In this document: positions 13,601 to 25,019 of the stretch, piece after piece
How positions within the stretch are numbered: position 1 is the stretch's first letter
Layout: each line of letters opens with the position of its first letter
Assembly: GCF_006345805.1 (NCBI RefSeq)
Contig: NC_043012.1
Coordinates: forward strand, 43,648,001-43,712,000
DNA from: Octopus sinensis
Taxonomy: Eukaryota
Length of the DNA: 64,000 bases
Direction of reading: 5' to 3'
The notes under the pieces: model-generated
What the model was told of the DNA's origin: nothing
The model's database searches: none
What the model saw: the letters and a program-made list of their open reading frames with translations, nothing else
Made by a program: the position numbers and the translations under genes

Positions 13601-15261
13601 ATGGTTACGTGACTTAATAGAAATAATTTTTTGAAAATTTAAAATTTAATTTATTATTGTCATTATAGATATATTTCTTTCCAAATACATTCAAAGTTGT
13701 AAGTCTGAAATAATAGAAATTTATTAGTGACGTATGACAAAATTTTTTCCATTGTAACTAATACTAGTGAAGACCATTTAAGGTAAGACATTGAGTGCTT
13801 ATGTTGTTCCGGAGCGAAATTTTAATAGCACGTAGTATATGCTTAGACATAGAGATAAAATTAAAACAAACAATACTTAACATGTCGCTATTGAGAAGCA
13901 GTGATTAAACTAAATGCTTGCCTGCAATACTACTTCTTTAACATGAAATATAATTATAGGTCGGATATCTACGAAGGACCATCTCCATATGTATACATAC
14001 ATATGTGTGTGTATGTGTGTGTGTATTTGTGTGTGTGTTTGTGTGTGTGTAAAACTGACATAGATTTACATATACATACACACATGTATATATATATGTA
14101 CACACACACACACATATATTTATATATGTATGTGTGTCTGCGTGTGTATGTGTGTGTGTGTGTGTGCATTTCATTGCTGTATATCTTGGGTAACCATTTA
14201 TACTGCATGAACTTCAGGATTTAAATATGAAATAACTTTCTTGAATTAAAAAGGAAACTGTCGACCTGATGTAACTTGATACGTTATTAACAGGGTGGAG
14301 TACCATTATTGTTTATCAAGTGAATAGAAATGGGTCGTTCTCACATTCAGGCCTTTCCCAAAATACTTTGGTGACTAACATAGTTTGAATTGAATTTAAT
14401 TTTATGTGAAATAAACTGGAATAAAGAACTTGTTCAAATTTCTACCAAATTTGCTTCAGTTAGCTGATAAACATACAATTTGTTATATTTCGGTATTTAC
14501 ATGTCTAATGGGCGTAGTACCGTAAGGATAAAATTATTTATTTGGTTTCTACACCATATCGAAAAACTTCCCTTCGTTAAGGTCTTTAAATTAAAGAAGA
14601 AATGTCAAACATTCCCATTTCGGCTACGAGACTACCATATATTAGCTATTCATGTTCTAATCGCCTCCACTGCCCGAAGATCGGAGACAAAACTCGGAGT
14701 AAAGTGCCGTTCATAGCTTCTTACTATCTCACACATCATGATTGATAGATTGATGGCTACATAGACACATAGATACATATATATTACTTCTTCCTCTTGC
14801 TTCTTTCCCATTCTTTTTCCTCTCTTCTCCATTCCTTATTCACAAACATACTAATATGTATATAATGAGAGAAGAAAAAGGAAAGGAGAGATGCTTTCGA
14901 AAATAATGATGGAATCAAGAATAACATCTTGAATTCTAATTAAATTTCAATTGGTTGACTGCATCGATACAATACAATTGAAAAGAAGCTTCTCTATCTA
15001 TGTCTTTCCCCTTCGTTTTTTCTTCTTCCTCATTTTTTCTTATCTTCCCCATCCTTCTTCCTAAAATTGGCATTTTGAAAGGTCATTCAGCCATTACCTT
15101 CTGCCCTTCTCCTTTCCTTGTTCAGAAACATGTCAATATGTATATAATGAGAAAACGTGTATATTTTCAAATATGTTGATAGGTATACACTGAACCACAA
15201 TAGAAACGCGATTTTTTCAAATGTCATTTTAATATGGTAAATTTTGAAAATTTATTCGGCA

Positions 15262-15990
15262 AGGTAACTCGCGCTTCTCTGCCGGTGACGAGGGTTCCAC
15301 CTCGTCATTCTATAGAGGGCTGGTAGAAGCAAAGTGTGACTATGATCTGGGGAAAACCCTGGGCTTCGACGAAGGTCAGCTTGCTAGTTTGCTCCGAAGG
15401 ACATTCGGGACGGGGTCTTTGGACAGCCTCCAAAGGTCTCTGGCTTGGCAATGTTGCCGAGAGTCCTCACCAGTTCGAGATAAGCTCGCAAGGTATGGTT
15501 ATTCATGCCGGCCCACTTGCCCAAGATGCGAGCAGTGATACTGTTCAGCACGCTATTGTGCAGTGCCAAAAAATTTCGGAAATATAAGTATATGTCGGAC
15601 GGCTGCAGTCACGTCTGGGAAGAGTACAGCTGTCTTCCGAGTCGATTATAAAGATTATTCCACCATCCACCTTGAATAAGGAAGGCAAGGGTGTGTTTTC
15701 TCGCTGTAGGAGCATTGGCGAAAGAGGCTGTCTGGAGGGGAGTGGCGACGAGTGTTCAACCTGTTTGTTTTCCATCTTAAAAGGAAACTAAGGCTGGAGA
15801 AGAGACACTTGTCGCCCGTTATATATAGCAAAAGATGGAAGGAAGTGATGTGGAGCGAATGAAGCCGCGTGAGTGTAAAAGATAAAGGAAATTAAAAGGT
15901 TCAGTGGTTCCGGGCTTATGAGGTCGAACCCATCATCCACTCCATTGTGTTGTTTTTAGTGTTGCCCGATCATTCGTTTATATAATTCGT
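15262..15990 (+). mobile_element. Tx1/L1-like retrotransposon 3' fragment
   Basis: DTVQHAIVQC...GRVQLSSESIIKIIPP...KEGK and the 3' UTR motif CGGGCTTATGAGGTCGAACC are homologous to the minus-strand copy at 31380-32960. Confidence 0.85.
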
Positions 15991-16039
15991 AAATTTTTAA
16001 CCGGTCATTTTTAATGTTTTATCATTCGATCCCCGACCA

Positions 16040-16255
16040 CACTCATCTTGTGTCGTCTTCTCTGTATGGCAGTAATAAAATCAATTCGTAATTTGGACGC
16101 ATCAATTATGAGCCGATTGTCAGAGAGAACACGCTATCGACCGATTTCAAGCAGGGTTGCATGTCCTGGGTGCTGAGATAGCTTATACTGTCCATGTCAG
16201 CACCATCTATCGCCTGCAACAGCAATACAACAACACCAACAGCACTGCAGAGGTA
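16040..16255 (+). mobile_element. Tc1-like transposase 5' remnant
   Basis: MSRLSENT...VHVSTIYRLQQQYNNTNSTAE (with frameshifts) matches Tc1 paired-like HTH N-termini. Confidence 0.6.
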
Positions 16256-16353
16256 TATATCATGTAATATATACAATTGGTACTATTGAGTTAGACATGG
16301 CCTGGGCCTATACTGGCCAAAACCTATCACAGTTATATATAATGTAATATATA

Positions 16354-16394
<41 letters not shown>

Positions 16395-16436
16395 TATATA
16401 TTGTAATATGATATAATATATATATAATGTAATATA

Positions 16437-16467
<31 letters not shown>

Positions 16468-16536
16468 ATATAATATATATATATGTATATATGATATAAC
16501 ATATATAATATAATATATATATATATATAATATATA

Positions 16537-16585
<49 letters not shown>

Positions 16586-16771
16586 CATGCTGATACCTGA
16601 ACTATGTTGGACAATCAAAACACACGCACTATATATTTAACGTTAATATGCTTCACCTTTATTCTATTTTTTACATTAATCTTCAGTATCGTCGGTGATG
16701 TGGGCAACCTTTTCATGGTATAATATGCATAGCAAGTAACGTGATCTGAGATCGCGTGCTAAAACAAAAAC

Positions 16772-17010
16772 AATTGCAGCGTTGAAGGTGTTTATAAGCC
16801 ATTTAAAAACACACAAAACCAATAGATTAACTTCAACATTTAAAATTTAAGTTGCTAAAATATTTTCGTCGCTTTGAGACCGCGACCTACTCACTGACAA
16901 AATTCCGTGCAGCACGGAATATTTTGGTAACTTCAATTTAAAAGTTGAAATGAATCTAACGGTTTTTGTGTGTTTTTAAATAGCTTATAAACACCGTCCA
17001 CGCTGTAATT
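16772..17010. mobile_element. Foldback/MITE-like palindromic element with ~95-bp inverted arms
   Basis: 16772-16865 is an imperfect reverse complement of 16918-17010; inner palindrome ATTCCGTGC-A-GCACGGAAT. Confidence 0.8.
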
Positions 17011-17024
17011 ATATATATATGTAT

Positions 17025-17070
<46 letters not shown>

Positions 17071-17074
<4 letters not shown>

Positions 17075-17121
17075 TGCTAAATTTTTCTGAAGAAATGTTC
17101 TGAAGAAAAATTTAGCAAACA
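17071..17121. repeat. Perfect 18-bp inverted repeat (hairpin)
   Basis: TGTTTGCTAAATTTTTCT ... AGAAAAATTTAGCAAACA. Confidence 0.9.
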
Positions 17122-19171
17122 CCAGAACGTAAGCAAGCAAGACAAATGAAAAGCAACAAAATATAGATTATTCACATACATGCTTCACTATTAAATTTGA
17201 ATTCTCCAACCGGCAAAAGCCAAGTCTGACCTCGTGTAGACGTCCTCGTATATAGTTCTGCAAATTATATTTGTATGGACGGTCACACTGAAGATCTATG
17301 GATAAATTGAGTAAGTAAAATTACGTAATCTATTAAATTATGTAATCTCTATAATAAATGTATAATTGATTTGATTTTTCTGGTCTTAACATCCAGATTG
17401 TAAGAATAAAAGTAATTTGACGCAAGTTTTTTTTTTTGTAATTGGCTCTCCTGTTGCAGGTTCAATCTGACGAATATTGAAATTATACCCATCTTGTCCA
17501 TTCCACAGAATAAGAGGATAATAGTGAGCATGATAAGAGGGATGAATCTGTGAAACACATTTAAGGTTGTTATCTCGAACACGAATGAGAATATCACGAT
17601 TTTCATGGGGATCACCTACTATAAGTATAGCTACTTCATTAGGTGTGGACTCATTAAAACGGCGTAAAATGTCCTTTATTATAGTTTACTATAGACGTAG
17701 CGAATGTGGAAACACACGCACAAAAACTTACAACCACATAGATACTCATAGAATTGATAATATTGAAAACAGCAAAATGTACACACACAAAGTTCAAGCG
17801 AGACGAAATGTAGTCAATATAGGTTCATAACATACTTTTTGTAGCATTTTTTAAGGGACATTTCCAAAAGAAATATTCCAGCGTTGGAAAGTCACCAATT
17901 TATCAAAAGTTTCTATGCGCTACCAATGTAACAAAGTACAGAAAGTCAAAATTTTTTGGAGCACGTACTAAATATTATAAAATTCATAATTGAATGAATT
18001 TCACGGTGAAGAAAGTGAAGATCCAAGAAAATTTAAAAGACATAATTCAATTTTTCATACAAAAATAATTTATTATTTTACAATATTTAAACAAACGCTG
18101 AGCAAAATGTATACGAAGGAATTTGTTGCTGTTGTGAACGTTAATTAATCTAAAACATTTGCTGAAGGGTGTATGTAGCAAGACATAATTTAATTTGACA
18201 TTATTATATATTTTAACTGTGTGAAGTTATAGGCTGTAGAATAAATACTAACTAACGCAGTAAAAATGTCGTATGACGTTGATAAAACAGTATATGCGAT
18301 AAGGAGGCTAGGACTGTTAAACTGGTTATACGGAGTGAAATAACATTTCTGTAATTATATTGAAAGAGCCGCTAAGGCTTTCTACCTCGCCAAATTTGTG
18401 GATTTGTTATAAAAACCAGGAGATTTTTCCAGATATATTTGTGAATATTGTGAGTGCTGTCAAATCAGCCAAATCTTCATGTTGGTTATAAAAACAAAAA
18501 TAATATTTTAGCACATAAATAGTGATAATCGTTAATGCTGTTTAAGCCGCAAATATCCATGATGAAGAAGAACATTCAAACACTGGTACTTCAAAGCGAA
18601 CTCTGTTGTCCGTTCAACGTCCAGGCCGCAACTAAACTAAAATCTTTCAAAATTGGTGCGTTTCAGTGTTTCGCGGTACAGCCACATACATATATACTAA
18701 GACAGACACACAGAGACATACATTCATGCACATCTCAGTCACGATAGGTGACTAAAAGCAAAATTATAATGTTTAAGTTTTGTAATGCATATATGTAAAG
18801 GAAAGTAAAATTCATTTGGAAGCTGAAAGATTATTGAATCTTTTGTTAACCCATATGTCAAAATCGGCAGATCAGCTTTCGAATGTATAAGGAACATACG
18901 CACACAAACACATATACAAACTCTCTTTATATATATATATAATATATATATATATTATATATATATATATATATACATACATTTAAAGAAAACAGCTTTA
19001 AATTTTGATTCTTGATAGACCCATGTTTATCCTTGTCTTTACCTATAACTTATGAATATGTTTGCATATGTATGTCCATGGTTAAATATAGGTAATATAC
19101 CGGTAGCGTAACATATACTTCTATCCCTTACACAGTTATTTTAACCTCTAACTCAAAACTAACCTTTAACC

Positions 19172-19277
<106 letters not shown>

Positions 19278-19340
19278 ACACAAACACACACACACACACA
19301 CATACGGAATCAAATCCGAAATCTGCCGAAGCAGAACCAG

Positions 19341-19381
19341 TCCTTACTGATGAGACAACGGAAATTGTCGAAACAATTTCC
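19341..19381 (+). ncRNA. Hammerhead-ribozyme-like core (minimal type I; stem I not evident)
   Basis: CTGATGA (19347-19353), stem II GACAA/TTGTC, GAAAC, then AATTTC. Confidence 0.5.
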
Positions 19382-19614
19382 AACAATATAGGTGTTTCTA
19401 ACACTCTAGTCGCATTTAGTGACAATTATAGTTTTCATTTTAGTGAAATATTGCAAACTGCTGTATATTTTAATTTTATATATAAGTTTCACTCAGCTAC
19501 ATATCAAGTTTTTGTGATGGTTTCTAAATGCTAAGTGTTCGTTTAGGTCACGTAATGCAAATACTGTGGGAGCCCATGTACTCGTTCAAAAAGCTGTCCG
19601 GGGAATTTAGATGA

Positions 19615-19752
19615 ATCGACACCTGTCCTTGAATTTTTAAGCCTGCTCCTTATTCTATAACTTTCTTTTGCTGAACCGCTAAGCTAGGAGACGTAGACAC
19701 ACAAACACCGGTTGTCAGGCGGTGCTGATGGACAAATGTAGGCAGAAAGAGA

Positions 19753-19790
<38 letters not shown>

Positions 19791-19955
19791 AATGATAGGC
19801 TTCTTTCAGTCTCTATCTACCAAATCCACTCGCAAGGCTTTAGTTGACTCGAGGCTATAGTAGAAGACACTTGACCAAGGTGTCATGCAGAGGGCCTGAA
19901 CTGGAACCATGTGGTTGGTAAATAAACTTCTGATTACACAGCCAAAAAAACATAA
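19615..19955 (-). mobile_element. SINE family B
   Basis: Reverse-complement match to 26688-27050, including the internal GT tract. Confidence 0.85.
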
Positions 19956-20505
19956 TCGAGTGTTTGGAAGACAATAGGGAAAACGTGTATATAGAAAGTA
20001 TGAAATCTTAATGCAGAAGAACTTCATAATTCAATACTTAATATTGACAATAGAGACAATCTGAACTTTTAGGACAAAAGATATGTCAATAATAGGCTTA
20101 ACCGATTATATAATTGTAAAAATCGTCTAAAGTACCCATTGGTTGGCCAATGCTAGAGAAAGGAAACTTAGTGTATAAATGTTCTGTGGCAACAAAGGAA
20201 TGCAATTACTGTTAGGCAGCTGCTTGCGCAACTGATTTTAAGTCAAGAAAATATGATCACGTTTCCTCGTTTGAATGAAAGAAAAAAAACTTAATTCCGT
20301 TATGGTAATTTGTCTAGAGTCTCAAAGAGTAGAATGTTAAGTATGGTATTAAGTGATCTACAAGTAGTGCACTACCGTATAATGGAAACTGAAGAGAGAG
20401 ACTACATATCCTTACATCCAAATCAATCATCTAATTTATTTTATCTAATTATTTTAACCATCTTATTTATCTAATTATTATAACTGTTATTATTATTATT
20501 GTTGC

Positions 20506-20632
20506 TGTTAAGGTAGTGAGTTGGCAGAATCGTTCGCAGGCCAGGCAAAATTCTTAGCGGTATTTCGTCCGTTTCATCATTGCGTTTCATCATTTCCGAA
20601 TCGATGAAATACGTATCAGTTGAGGTCGATGT
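20506..20632 (+). mobile_element. SINE family A, deleted and decayed copy
   Basis: GAGTTGGCAGAATCGTT...CTTAGCGGTATTTCGTCC head, preceded by a (TTA/TTG)n tract. Confidence 0.7.
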
Positions 20633-20637
20633 AAGAA

Positions 20638-20815
20638 TCCACAGAGAGAACATCAGACAAAAAGAATTACGCAAGTTTCCGCTAAGTGATCATCTTGAAA
20701 TATTTGGAGACAGCAAGTTCATGATCTTTCCCCTCTAAAAGTGTCCAAGGGATGACTCTAAATACCGGAAGGCAATGGAAATGCATTTTATCAAAACTTC
20801 TTACCTAAACCAAAC
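20638..20815 (+). mobile_element. Penelope-like GIY-YIG endonuclease C-terminal fragment
   Basis: HRENIRQKELRKFPLSDHLEIFGDSKFMIFPL*K...RKAMEMHFIK matches the H...IR......LS.HL...F.IFP.YK...R...E..FI end of PLE endonucleases. Confidence 0.65.
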
Positions 20816-21230
20816 GTTTAAAATGTTTGGGCAATATCTATAGCAAGGATAATATCTGTTGACACTCATTGACATTGGGCAAGATATGGACATTATTTTA
20901 CAGAGTTACCTCATACAAGTACTATACCTAACTTTTGCGGAAAATGTGGTTGGATTTACACATGGTTTGTGAGGGAAATAATGGAAAGCAAGTAGTTGAA
21001 TACTCCCTTTTGACCTTCTGTAAGCATATCATTTTTGTGTAAGAGTTATCGACATTGGAGCCAATGTATGTTTACTTTTTAAACCCGATTTGTATCCTTT
21101 GCATTTCTTTCATACGTTATAATCGTGACTGCATCTATACTTGCTTAAATCTCTCGTGAATGACTCTTTCAATCCACGACTAACACTCAGAACACTTTCG
21201 TGGTATATAATATATATGCATACATACAAA

Positions 21231-21281
21231 CCAGCAGACCATCCTGGTTTTGGGCTATTTCTGCTATTCCTCAGTCGCTGA
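21231..21281 (-). ncRNA. Type I hammerhead ribozyme, decayed copy
   Basis: Minus strand: CAGCGA CTGAGGA A TAGC AGAAATA GCCC AAAAC CAGGATG GTC TGCTGG. Confidence 0.65.
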
Positions 21282-21287
21282 TCTTGC

Positions 21288-21650
21288 AACAAGCAAAGAA
21301 GCTACTTATAAAATCTCTGTAAGAGATGAACGCAGTAACTATACATGCAGTCGCTTGAATTTCTATATATTGCGAACAGATGTGAGCTACTGTCATCTCT
21401 AGCAGACGGAGTGTCCAGCAATGAGGAAGGGCAGAAATAGCCCGAAACCAAGCTGATCTGCTGGTCCCGTCGCTACAAGGTGTTCGCAATATATCGGATG
21501 CAGATTGCTGCGTTAACCAGCTAGAGGAAATGTCCTCTTGAGGTTTAAAAACTCGCAGTAACGTCCGTTCGAACGGAACAGCATTTCTTGCCAGTACAGT
21601 TACTGCGTTCATCTCTTACAGAGATTTTATAATTAGCTTCTTTGCTTGTT
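21288..21650. mobile_element. Self-complementary hammerhead-containing unit (retrozyme-like or PLE pseudo-LTR-like)
   Basis: 53-bp inverted arms 21288-21340/21598-21650 with one mismatch; perfect 14-bp inner arms 21365-21378/21481-21494; palindrome TCCGTTCGAACGGA at 21564-21577. Confidence 0.7.
21415..21464 (+). ncRNA. Type I hammerhead ribozyme, near-intact copy
   Basis: Stem I CCAGCA/TGCTGG (6 bp), core ATGAGGA (C3 changed to A), stem II GGGC/GCCC, GAAAC, stem III with CA/TG pairs, cleavage triplet ATC. Confidence 0.7.
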
Positions 21651-22614
21651 ATATATATACGACAAGCGATAATTTTTGCCTCTTTTTATGGAGACAAAAT
21701 GGTTTATAAGAATTCAAAACAGAAGTGCCCAAGTGTAATTGAGACAGAGATAAAAAAAAACATTGATCAGAGAACAAACATCAAATTCGAGTCAACGACT
21801 TTATACATAACACTACGCGTCCAAACATTTGATAGTATATAGATATTACCATGGCCTTTCAACATATAAAGAATACATATCTAAAACATGCAAGAAGGTA
21901 AAAAATATATATGCAAATAAAAAAAACCCAGATATATAGAACGGTCTATCAAGAAGGTATATACAATCGACTATAAATTCTAAAGCGTGTCATGCGATTA
22001 AAAATCTAAATAAAATAAAATATCAATTGACTAAAAAGATTTTTCTTACTCCCTTCAAACAAAACGGTTCATTTCATAAAAACCATGGTAGGTTGGAGTC
22101 CAGGAGGGTAAAAGAGTTCCTCAAAATCAAGTCAAACATATCTATGACCATTTTGGGAATTCACTGCCGCAGTCCGATTACGAGTTAAGGTGCATCTCGG
22201 TAATGACCCTCTCATCAGGAAGCTCAACAAATTATTCGTTCAGATGAGTTACAACGCCGCATGGCTAATTTAAAGATAATAATTCATCGCAGGACCAGTG
22301 CAAATTTTCTAACACACACAAGAAAAAAAGATTTCATTGCTAAACGTGGCTGCTAATAATAGGAATTTTTACAAAACCCCGTAAAACTAAATATTATTTA
22401 CCACATCTAATTTTAGTTCTATATACTTTCAGAAAAGTAGAAGAAAACTTATGGTTGGAAAAAGGGATCACCTCTGTAATTTATTAAAATAAGGATGGCA
22501 AGAGATTTCCTTACACACAACTTACAATTGTTAATATTGACTTTAAAATATGGGGTTACCAACAGAGGAATACTTCCAGTGCACTCGCCCATCTAATTTG
22601 TCATATATATATAT

Positions 22615-22657
<43 letters not shown>

Positions 22658-22659
<2 letters not shown>

Positions 22660-22868
22660 CACTCAGCTGTAGAAATGAGTTGCGACGTCACTGGTGCCAA
22701 GCTGTATCGACCTTTGTCTTTCCCTTGGATAACACTGGTGGCGTGGAGAGGGGAGGCTGGTATGCATGGGTGACTGCTGGTCTTCCATAAACAACCTTGC
22801 CCGGACTTGTGTCTAGGAGGGTAACTTTCTAGGTGCAATCCCATAGTCATTCATGACCGAAGGGGGTC
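22658..22868 (+). mobile_element. SINE 3' fragment (Deu/V-like core plus tail) between (AT)n tracts
   Basis: CACTCAGCTGTAGAAATGAG core-like motif and a GC-richer body flanked by AT microsatellites. Confidence 0.55.
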
Positions 22869-22942
<74 letters not shown>

Positions 22943-23116
22943 GTTTAAATATTTGTTGTGCAAGATTTTTTATGTGAAGTCGTGTGTTGAAACAGATATT
23001 GTTATATTTCGGAATGGTCATTTTGCCAGTTTAGCCAATAAAAACACACGCACTATATATTTGGTGTTATTTTGCTTCATTGTTATTTATTTTTTACATT
23101 AATCTTAATCTTATTT

Positions 23117-23162
23117 CGGCCAGAGTTCTTTCGTCACACTCCTGTGACCGCATCAGAGGTCC
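23117..23162 (-). ncRNA. Hammerhead-like core in the PLE 3' region (variant or decayed)
   Basis: Minus strand: GGACCT CTGATGC G GTCACA GGAG TGTGAC GAAA GAACTC TGGCCG; perfect 6-bp stem II, partial stem I. Confidence 0.5.
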
Positions 23163-23528
23163 TTTGTTTTCTTCTTTCTTATTTGTGTCTCTCCTTACTA
23201 ACCGTCAATCATTTTGTATTTCTATTGTATGTCTTCGTTTGCGCATGCTTATATCTCTATGTGCGTTTATGTTTATTTAGTGGTGTGTATGTGGGGGGAT
23301 GCCTGTAATATTTGTATCTTCTGTTTATATATGTTCATGTAATTTGTATTTTGTTTTTGTTGTTTTTGTTTATTCTTATTTTGTTCATGTGTTTACATCC
23401 ACTTATTATTATCATTACATATGCTTGTATGTATAACATCAATACTAGTAATAATAATAATAAATCGAATCGAAAAAAAATATATATAAATAAAAAAAAA
23501 ATTTTTTAAATAAATAAAAAAAAATATC

Positions 23529-23595
<67 letters not shown>

Positions 23596-23671
23596 CATAC
23601 ACATACATACATATACATATATATAGTTATTTATTTCTATTAGTTTTGTTATCTGTGTATTTATTAAGTTT

Positions 23672-24135
23672 TCAGGATCCTCTATTGTCATATGTTGTGG
23701 TGTGTGTTGTGCTCCATTCTAATTTTCTATTCAGGCTATGTTTATTTTCTATTATGTGTGTAGCTTCTGTAATTTGTCTAATTGTTGCATCTGATCTATG
23801 TGTGGATAATATTTTAATTTCTATGTTATTGATTGATCCCCCGTGTTCCTGTTCGGCGTGTTGGTACAGATTCGATGAGCTCTTACCTTCCTTGAGTTGT
23901 CTCCAATGCACATTTACCCGCTCTCCTATGCTTCTTGCCGTTTCCCCTACGTATGTCGTTGTCTTGTTACTGCATCGTCCCTCTATACATCTTATACTAT
24001 AGACTACATTTCTGGCTTTACAGTTTGTTTGTGGGCTAAATCTACATACAGTACAGTACTTATCCGTACAGGGGGTTCTACTAAAAGGATAGGTTCTACC
24101 AATAATAGATTTGATAGGGTTGCCTATAAATATTG
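23672..24135 (-). CDS. GIY-YIG endonuclease domain of a Penelope-like element (open frame, no true start)
   Basis: C..C...NCKARNVVYSIRC...C...YVGETARSIGERVNVH...LYQHAEQEH...RQITEATHI...LNRK. Confidence 0.9.
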
Positions 24136-24489
24136 ATAGACAGAAATATAGATAGATAGGCACAGAGAGAGAGATATATATATATATATATATATTATCG
24201 TCGGTACAATCTGAAACCAATATTTCACACACGAGAAAAACGTTCTCTATAATGACAGCCATTTTTTCTTTTTGTCTATTGAGGGTCATTTTGCCAATAA
24301 AATTTTGAATAAACACACGCAATGGTTCAATACAAACTTCTTTATTTTACCAATTAACTATCCAGTGATGTGTTTAATGTGTTGGTTGGATAGACTCATT
24401 TCGTCGCTAATCACGACCTCATCAATGACAAGCCCTCATTCTTCAAGGTCTGCTTTGGGTCTGTCTGAGAATTAGTCTTATGCTTATGC

Positions 24490-24958
24490 GTGCGTATGTA
24501 TGTATGCTTGTATGTATGTATGTACGTATGTATGTACGTATGTATGTATGTATATACGTATGTATGTATGTATGTATGTATGTATATACGTATGTATGTA
24601 TGTATGTATGTACGTATGTATGTATGTATGCATGTATGTATGTATGTATGTATGTACGTATGTACGTATGTATGTATGTATGTATGTATGTATGTATATA
24701 CGTATGTATGTATGTATGTATGTATGTATGTATGTATGTAGTATGTATGTATGTATGTACGTATGTATGTATGTATGTATGTACGTATGTATGTATGTAT
24801 GCATGTATGTATGTATGTATGTATGTACGTATGTACGTATGTATGTATGTATGTATGTATGTATGTATGTATATACGTATGTATGTATGTATGTATGTAT
24901 GTATGTATGTATGTATGTATGTATGTACGTACGTATGTATGTATGCATGCATGTATGT
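24490..24958. repeat. ~470-bp (ATGT)n tetranucleotide satellite with ACGT/ATGC variants
   Basis: Directly visible; source of several spurious long ORFs. Confidence 0.95.
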
Positions 24959-25019
24959 AGACGCTGTGTGTGCGCGCGCATATGCATGTGTGTGGTGCCG
25001 TCGCTTGTTATTTAAATAC

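Larger units (their letters stand above)
22960..24330 (-). mobile_element. Penelope-like element 3' part: GIY-YIG domain plus pseudo-LTR-like repeats
   Basis: Endonuclease ORF; the GGTCATTTTGCCA...AATAAA..ACACACGCA segment occurs on both sides (~23017-23050 and ~24284-24321); hammerhead-like core downstream of the ORF. Confidence 0.8.

Noticed and set aside
19312-19540. Protein-like open frame TESNPKSAEAEPVLTDETTEIVETI...
   Set aside because: Starts inside an (AC)n tract without start or splice signals; better explained by the overlapping hammerhead-like repeat.
24136-24322. Apparent N-terminal extension of the 216-aa GIY-YIG ORF
   Set aside because: It reads through an (AT)n/(AG)n tract and pseudo-LTR-like sequence; accidental fusion.
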